Assembly: GCA_000503835.1 (NCBI GenBank) | Contig: CP006914.1 | Coordinates: 529,680 to 593,679, forward strand | Reading direction: 5' to 3' | DNA length: 64,000 nucleotides | Origin: a candidate division WWE3 bacterium RAAC2_WWE3_1 | GTDB taxonomy: Bacteria > Patescibacteriota > WWE3 > UBA101185 > UBA10185 | Shown here: positions 59,458-64,000 of the stretch, piece after piece | Numbering within the stretch: position 1 is the stretch's first letter | Layout of the letters: each line of letters opens with the position of its first letter | Program-made: the position numbers and the translations under genes | The notes under the pieces: model-generated | Seen by the model: only the letters and a program-made list of their open reading frames with translations | Told to the model about the DNA's origin: nothing | Database searches by the model: none

Positions 59458-60819
59458 TTAGGCTCCCGTGTGAAGAGTGTCAAGAAAGTCTTTGTTGGTC
59501 TTTGTTTTCTTGAGTCTGTCTATGACCAGATCCGTGGCGTCTCTTTCATCCAAAAGGTCTACCATTCTTCTTAGTCTGTACACTTTTTCCAATGTGGGAG
59601 CATCGAACAACTGCTCCTCGTGTCTTGTACCACTTGATTTAATGTCTATCGCCGGAAAAATACGCCTCTCGGACAGGCTCCTATCGAGCCTAAGTTCCAT
59701 ATTGCCGGTACCCTTGAACTCTTCGAAAATAACATCGTCCATTCTTGATCCTGTTTCGACCAAGGCCGTAGCTATAATGGTCAAGCTTCCTTTTTCCTCG
59801 AAGTTCCTGGCCGCACCGAAAAAGTGCTTGGCAGGATACAAAGCGGCGGGGTCAAAACCTCCGGTCAAAGTCCTTCCGGAAGGAGGGGCGACCATATTAT
59901 AAGCACGGGCGAGCCTGGTGATGGAGTCCATGAGAATAACAACATCCTTGCCTCTTTCGGCAAGTCTTTTTGCTCTTTCCAAACACAACTCAGAAACACG
60001 CGTCTGCTCCTCCGCTCTTTCATCAAAATTACTGGCATAAACCTCACCTTTTACATTTCGGCTGAAGTGTGTGACCTCTTCAGGGCGTTCCCCGATAAGA
60101 GCGACCATCAGCACTATTTCCGGATGGTTGGTCGTTATACCGTTGGCAATATCCATCAATAGGAAGGTCTTACCGGCCTTGGGAGGAGCAACGAGCATAG
60201 CCCTCTGGCCCTTTCCTATAGGAGCAATCAGGTCGATAAGTCGGGTGGAAATGACATCCTTGGTCGTTTCCAGTTTCATCCAGTCCTTCGGGAAAATAGG
60301 TGTGAGCTCGGTGAACTGAGGTCTTCTTCTTGCGCTCTCGGGTTCTATACCTTCGACCGACTCGATTCTGAGCAAAGAGAGGTACCTCTCCCCTTCTTTG
60401 GGAGGTCTTGCGTATCCTTTTATACTGTCACCTTTTCTCAGGTTAAATCTTTTTATTTGAGAATGACTGATATAAACATCACGCGGCAGGTCCGACTCAA
60501 CCTTTTCTCGTTGTCTTATGACACCGTAGTCGTTTAATATCTCCAGCATCCCTTCTATACCGACCGAATCCCCGTTGGCACCATAATCCTCAGAAGAATT
60601 ATTAGGTTTGTGTTGGTATGAATATAAGGGGGCTGACACAACGGGGGCTTCTTTTGCTCCTTCTTGTCCGACAACAGGAGAGACGCTCTCAACGTTATCC
60701 GTTGCGGGAGCTTTGGAAACAGGCGTTCTCTTTCTGACACCGGAAATGTCCGTGGATTGAACACCATTATTAATCAAATTACTATCTTTACTTGTATCTA
60801 CAGTTTTTCTAATTGGCAT
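59458..60819 (-). CDS. rho: Transcription termination factor Rho
   Basis: 'PIGKGQR..APPKAGKT', 'DSITRLARAYN', 'IFEEFKGTGNMEL'. Confidence 0.97.
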   Translation of the reverse strand: MPIRKTVDTSKDSNLINNGVQSTDISGVRKRTPVSKAPATDNVESVSPVVGQEGAKEAPVVSAPLYSYQHKPNNSSEDYGANGDSVGIEGMLEILNDYGVIRQREKVESDLPRDVYISHSQIKRFNLRKGDSIKGYARPPKEGERYLSLLRIESVEGIEPESARRRPQFTELTPIFPKDWMKLETTKDVISTRLIDLIAPIGKGQRAMLVAPPKAGKTFLLMDIANGITTNHPEIVLMVALIGERPEEVTHFSRNVKGEVYASNFDERAEEQTRVSELCLERAKRLAERGKDVVILMDSITRLARAYNMVAPPSGRTLTGGFDPAALYPAKHFFGAARNFEEKGSLTIIATALVETGSRMDDVIFEEFKGTGNMELRLDRSLSERRIFPAIDIKSSGTRHEEQLFDAPTLEKVYRLRRMVDLLDERDATDLVIDRLKKTKTNKDFLDTLHTGA

Positions 60820-60870
60820 ATTTAATTGTTTAAAAATGAAATTTATACATCGGTCTGTTTAAGGCGTTTG

Positions 60871-60919
60871 CCTAAAGCCGGGAGATAGCCACTGCCCCTT
60901 GCTACCTCCCGACTTTAAG
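60871..60919 (-). other. 19-bp RNA hairpin between sortase and rho
   Basis: CTTAAAGTCGGGAGGTAGC / GCTATCTCCCGGCTTTAGG pairs fully (with G-U) only on the minus strand. Confidence 0.6.
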
Positions 60920-60930
60920 CCTCATCCGAA

Positions 60931-61572
60931 TCAAAAGGAATCGATAAGTTCAGCCTTCACAACGAGTCTTTTATCATATGTCGATCTACCCGGAAGCCAT
61001 ATTCCCCCGCACGTAATTAATGTCAGTTCAGATTTGCCTTCAGTCTCTTTCAACACCTTGAGCCGGTCGGGATCATTGACATCAATTAAAAAAGAATCGA
61101 CGATCTGGTAAGCGTACAGTCTGCCTAAGCTGTCTTCTAAAAGAACTGTATCACCTACTGTGGCGTTTTTCAACTGCCAAAAAGCGGCAGGTCTACCAAG
61201 ATTATCGTCAAAATGTGCGTTGATTATCACGTTACCTTCTTCGCCGGGCTTGGCGCCATTCTTGTACCATCCGGCCTCGTTCCATTTTTTGGGGGTATCT
61301 AAAGTACCGTCAGCCTGCAGTCCCACCTCAACAATATCCGCGTTAATATTCCTCTCTTTTATGGAAATATGGACGGGGGGCATAAAAATAGGCTTCATCA
61401 CCGATTCAAAAACCGATGTCTGCTCCTGCACGGTCTGTTCCACAACGACTTCCTTTTTCATAGTGAAATCACGCAGAAACCCCTTCGTATAGGCAAAGTA
61501 GACGCCGCCGGACAATAAGACCGCCGACAACAAGAAAAATATAAATTTTTTAGCTGCGTTAGGTAAATTCAT
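60931..61572 (-). CDS. Class F sortase
   Basis: 'AGWY..GAKPGEEGNVIINAH', 'LTLITCGG..RLVV'. Confidence 0.9.
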   Translation of the reverse strand: MNLPNAAKKFIFFLLSAVLLSGGVYFAYTKGFLRDFTMKKEVVVEQTVQEQTSVFESVMKPIFMPPVHISIKERNINADIVEVGLQADGTLDTPKKWNEAGWYKNGAKPGEEGNVIINAHFDDNLGRPAAFWQLKNATVGDTVLLEDSLGRLYAYQIVDSFLIDVNDPDRLKVLKETEGKSELTLITCGGIWLPGRSTYDKRLVVKAELIDSF

Positions 61573-61592
61573 AATGAAATTATGATGAAAAT

Positions 61593-61658
61593 TTTAGGCA
61601 AGGAACAGAATGGTCGAGTAAAGTAACCCAAACCCAACCATTCTGCCCCCTGCCTAAA
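61593..61658 (-). other. 27-bp RNA hairpin (5 G-U pairs) between the LPETG gene and sortase
   Basis: TTTAGGCAGGGGGCAGAATGGTTGGGT / ACTCGACCATTCTGTTCCTTGCCTAAA. Confidence 0.7.
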
Positions 61659-61732
61659 GGCAAAGGGCAAACGGGGTACCGTGAAAAGCACAGGCTCTTC
61701 ACGGGAAGATAATTACCTCATTCTATGAGAGG

Positions 61733-62359
61733 TTACTTCTTCCTTCTCAGCAAAGCTCCGACTAGCAAAGATCCGATTCCGGCTATACCGGTCACCGAAA
61801 GAGCTCCGGTCTCGGGCAGCTCTGTAGGCTCACCCTCACCATAACAAACAGTGGCGGTATCGGAACCTTCGAATTCATCGCCCCACTGAACTTTAGCTTT
61901 GTTTACTATACATTTGTCAAAAGTTCCATCTCTGTCAAACTCATCCGCATCAATCCGAGCCTTTATAATAAAGGTTTCGGTCTCACCGGGTTCAAAATCG
62001 TCCCAGGATTCCGTCAGACCTGAGCCGCCTACTCTATCCATTTCTTTAGGTAGAGAATCGCTCATCTTCATGTCGTCAAAATCTATGTCGGCGTCCTCGT
62101 CAGAAAGGTTTTTGATCTTTATTCTAAATTCTACGACATCGTCTTCTTTGACGTCGGTGACTTTAGATTCCCAATCATCGTCGCCTTCTATTCTGACTTT
62201 CTTCTCTATGCTAAACCTTTTATTAATTATGCAGGTTTCGCCTCCGCCGTAATTTGACTCGCAGTCAGCAAGGGCCTTGTCACTTGACAAAAGGAACAAG
62301 CCGGCTACGACAGCTACCAATGCTATTAACTTGTAACCTTTTTCTTTCATATAATTCAA
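61733..62359 (-). CDS. Acidic DUF11-like surface protein with LPETG sorting signal
   Basis: Signal peptide; 'VEFRIKIKN..DSLP'; C-terminal LPETG, hydrophobic stretch, RRKK. Confidence 0.85.
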   Translation of the reverse strand: MNYMKEKGYKLIALVAVVAGLFLLSSDKALADCESNYGGGETCIINKRFSIEKKVRIEGDDDWESKVTDVKEDDVVEFRIKIKNLSDEDADIDFDDMKMSDSLPKEMDRVGGSGLTESWDDFEPGETETFIIKARIDADEFDRDGTFDKCIVNKAKVQWGDEFEGSDTATVCYGEGEPTELPETGALSVTGIAGIGSLLVGALLRRKK

Positions 62360-62474
62360 ATAACAAAACCCATACCTACCTTACTACACGAGATAAGTTA
62401 AATATGGCAGTTTTTGTTGGTTTGGCAGGGAACTTAGTACTCATGTGTTGATCACACAGATCAACCATGTCGGT

Positions 62475-62503
62475 ATTTTAGCCCAATCCGACTCTTTTGT
62501 CAA
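62475..62503 (-). promoter_or_regulatory. Strong sigma70 promoter TTGACA-17-TAAAAT
   Basis: Near-consensus; followed by a 5' hairpin CATGGTTGATC..GATCAACACATG. Confidence 0.7.
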
Positions 62504-62527
62504 CACTATGGGGTTGGACGGTTTGAG

Positions 62528-63544
62528 TCAGTTTTCAAGCCCTTCGGGGTATTTTTTGAACCATCTCGTCAGGTTATTAATCCCCTCCTCAAGGCTCGTG
62601 GAAGGGTTCCAGCCGAGTACGGCCTTCGCCTTGTCGTAATTAGCATAAACCTCCGCATATTCCCCCCGGCGTATCTCCCCGGGGTTGCGGTCAAATTTAT
62701 TTCCCACAGTTTTCTCTACCTGATCTATTATTTCGTAAACTGTAAAACCTTTGCCGGTACCGAGATTGAAAACATCACTTGTCCCGCCCCCTTCAAGATA
62801 CTTCACTGCTCTAAAGTGAGCGTCCACCAAATCTACAACGTCAACATAGTCCCTTACCGGTGTACCGTCGCGGGTGTCAAAATTATCGGCACAGGTTACA
62901 CTAAAAGGTGAAAGGCCCAAGGCGCCCCTTACAGCACTCTGTACAAGATGGACGGGGGGCAAAGAACTGTACCCAACGTCGCAATCTGGGTCGGAACCGA
63001 AAACATTAAAATAACGGAAAATTACGTGCCGCAGTCCGAATAACTCCGAATACCACCTAATAGCTTTCTCAACCATAAGCTTGGATTCACCGTAAGGGTT
63101 GGTGGGATTTTGAGGATGTTTTTCGTCTATCGGCAGGTATCGGGAGTTACCGTAAGTGGCACAGGTCGAGGAAAATATTATGTTTTTTATTCCGGCTATT
63201 CTCATAGCCTCCAAAAGGTTAACGGATCCCATCAGATTGTTAAGAAAGTATTTGTGCGGGTCCTGCATAGATTCACCGACTGACAAAACACCCGCGAAGT
63301 GCATTACAGCAGAAACATTATTCTTGCTAACGGCGTTCAATGTACTTTTCACTTTCTCCCCATCCCTCAGGTCGACTTCGAGCACTTCAAGGTTGCCGTA
63401 TTTTTTAAGGTTCTCTAAAGCCTGTCTCCGTCCGGTTGTAAAATTATCCAAAACACGAACCTTGTAGTTTTCCTTTAGCAATCTCTTAACCGCATGACTC
63501 CCGATGTACCCAGCTCCTCCGGTGACCAGGATTTCACTTTTCAT
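62528..63544 (-). CDS. galE: UDP-glucose 4-epimerase
   Basis: 'VTGGAGYIGSH', 'FSSTCATYG', 'YGESK', 'DGTPVRDY', 'FNLGTG'. Confidence 0.95.
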   Translation of the reverse strand: MKSEILVTGGAGYIGSHAVKRLLKENYKVRVLDNFTTGRRQALENLKKYGNLEVLEVDLRDGEKVKSTLNAVSKNNVSAVMHFAGVLSVGESMQDPHKYFLNNLMGSVNLLEAMRIAGIKNIIFSSTCATYGNSRYLPIDEKHPQNPTNPYGESKLMVEKAIRWYSELFGLRHVIFRYFNVFGSDPDCDVGYSSLPPVHLVQSAVRGALGLSPFSVTCADNFDTRDGTPVRDYVDVVDLVDAHFRAVKYLEGGGTSDVFNLGTGKGFTVYEIIDQVEKTVGNKFDRNPGEIRRGEYAEVYANYDKAKAVLGWNPSTSLEEGINNLTRWFKKYPEGLEN

Positions 63545-64000
63545 AATCCTCCCCGTCTCCGGCGGTGTCCTCTTTATACCTGAAAACATATAAAGCGACC
63601 GGAATCAAGATTAAGAGCCCCAGGTACTCCAGAAGCTCGGGTAAAAAGATAAATTTTATACCCGAACTGTCGGTTTTTGCCTCAAACACCCAGCCGTTTG
63701 ACCAGTTATTAACTGTAACATGCCTGGCGTTGCAGGGTTTTAAACCACAAAAAGCGACCCAGCCTTTTTCGTAGGCCTCGTTCAGAACGACCAGCTGCTC
63801 TCCCGTATCCGGCAAAACCTCAGTGTGAAAACTACGCAGATAGTTATAAGGTACAGGAGAAAGCCGGACGGATTCCAGCTGATTTTCTGTATAGTCACTG
63901 CCGAAAACGAGGTTAGAAAAGTTTACCGTATACCCCATTTCCTTACCCATAGGAGGGATCAGGTAGTGATAACTCTCTATTGTCCGGTTCTTGGGAAGTT
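63534..64000 (-). CDS. C-terminal part of a large membrane (YfhO-like) protein; 5' end outside the window
   Basis: Frame open to the window edge; 'LVVLNEAYEKGW..HVTVNNWSNGW' plus C-terminal TM. Confidence 0.65.
   Translation of the reverse strand, partial: LPKNRTIESYHYLIPPMGKEMGYTVNFSNLVFGSDYTENQLESVRLSPVPYNYLRSFHTEVLPDTGEQLVVLNEAYEKGWVAFCGLKPCNARHVTVNNWSNGWVFEAKTDSSGIKFIFLPELLEYLGLLILIPVALYVFRYKEDTAGDGEDYEK

Overview
Chromosomal window (about 42-45% GC by eye) from a Patescibacteria/CPR-type bacterium, possibly WWE3/Microgenomates-like; this is inferred from gene content and style. The left 26.5 kb holds two giant membrane-anchored surface proteins. The first (4474 aa) runs MerR-like HTH, TM, fibre repeats, beta-helix, S74 chaperone. 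The second (3424 aa) carries DUF2341/LamG domains and a 654-bp tandem duplication. Both are divergent from a small operon that looks like a repurposed F0 sector (c-like fusion without the H+-binding carboxylate, b-like, possibly delta-like). Next come L10 leader-rplJ-rplL and an alpha-glucan cluster (GalT-like, 2 glgA, 2 GH57). Envelope and redox genes follow, with four tRNAs (Pro, Arg, Ser, Ala), adk-like, ndk and argS. The right part has a competence cluster (comEA, split comEC, comM, dprA), obgE, LysM/M23, rho, a sortase with an LPETG substrate, and galE. The most unusual signals are: (1) three tRNA genes each followed about 140-150 bp later by a copy of their own 3' end, enclosing hairpin-rich mini-elements; (2) a 224-aa miniature HTH-TM paralog of the giant fibre next to dprA; (3) the carboxylate-less c-subunit fusion operon; (4) a stand-alone ~63-nt sRNA candidate; (5) frequent leaderless promoters. 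All domain calls come from visual motif recognition, not database searches.
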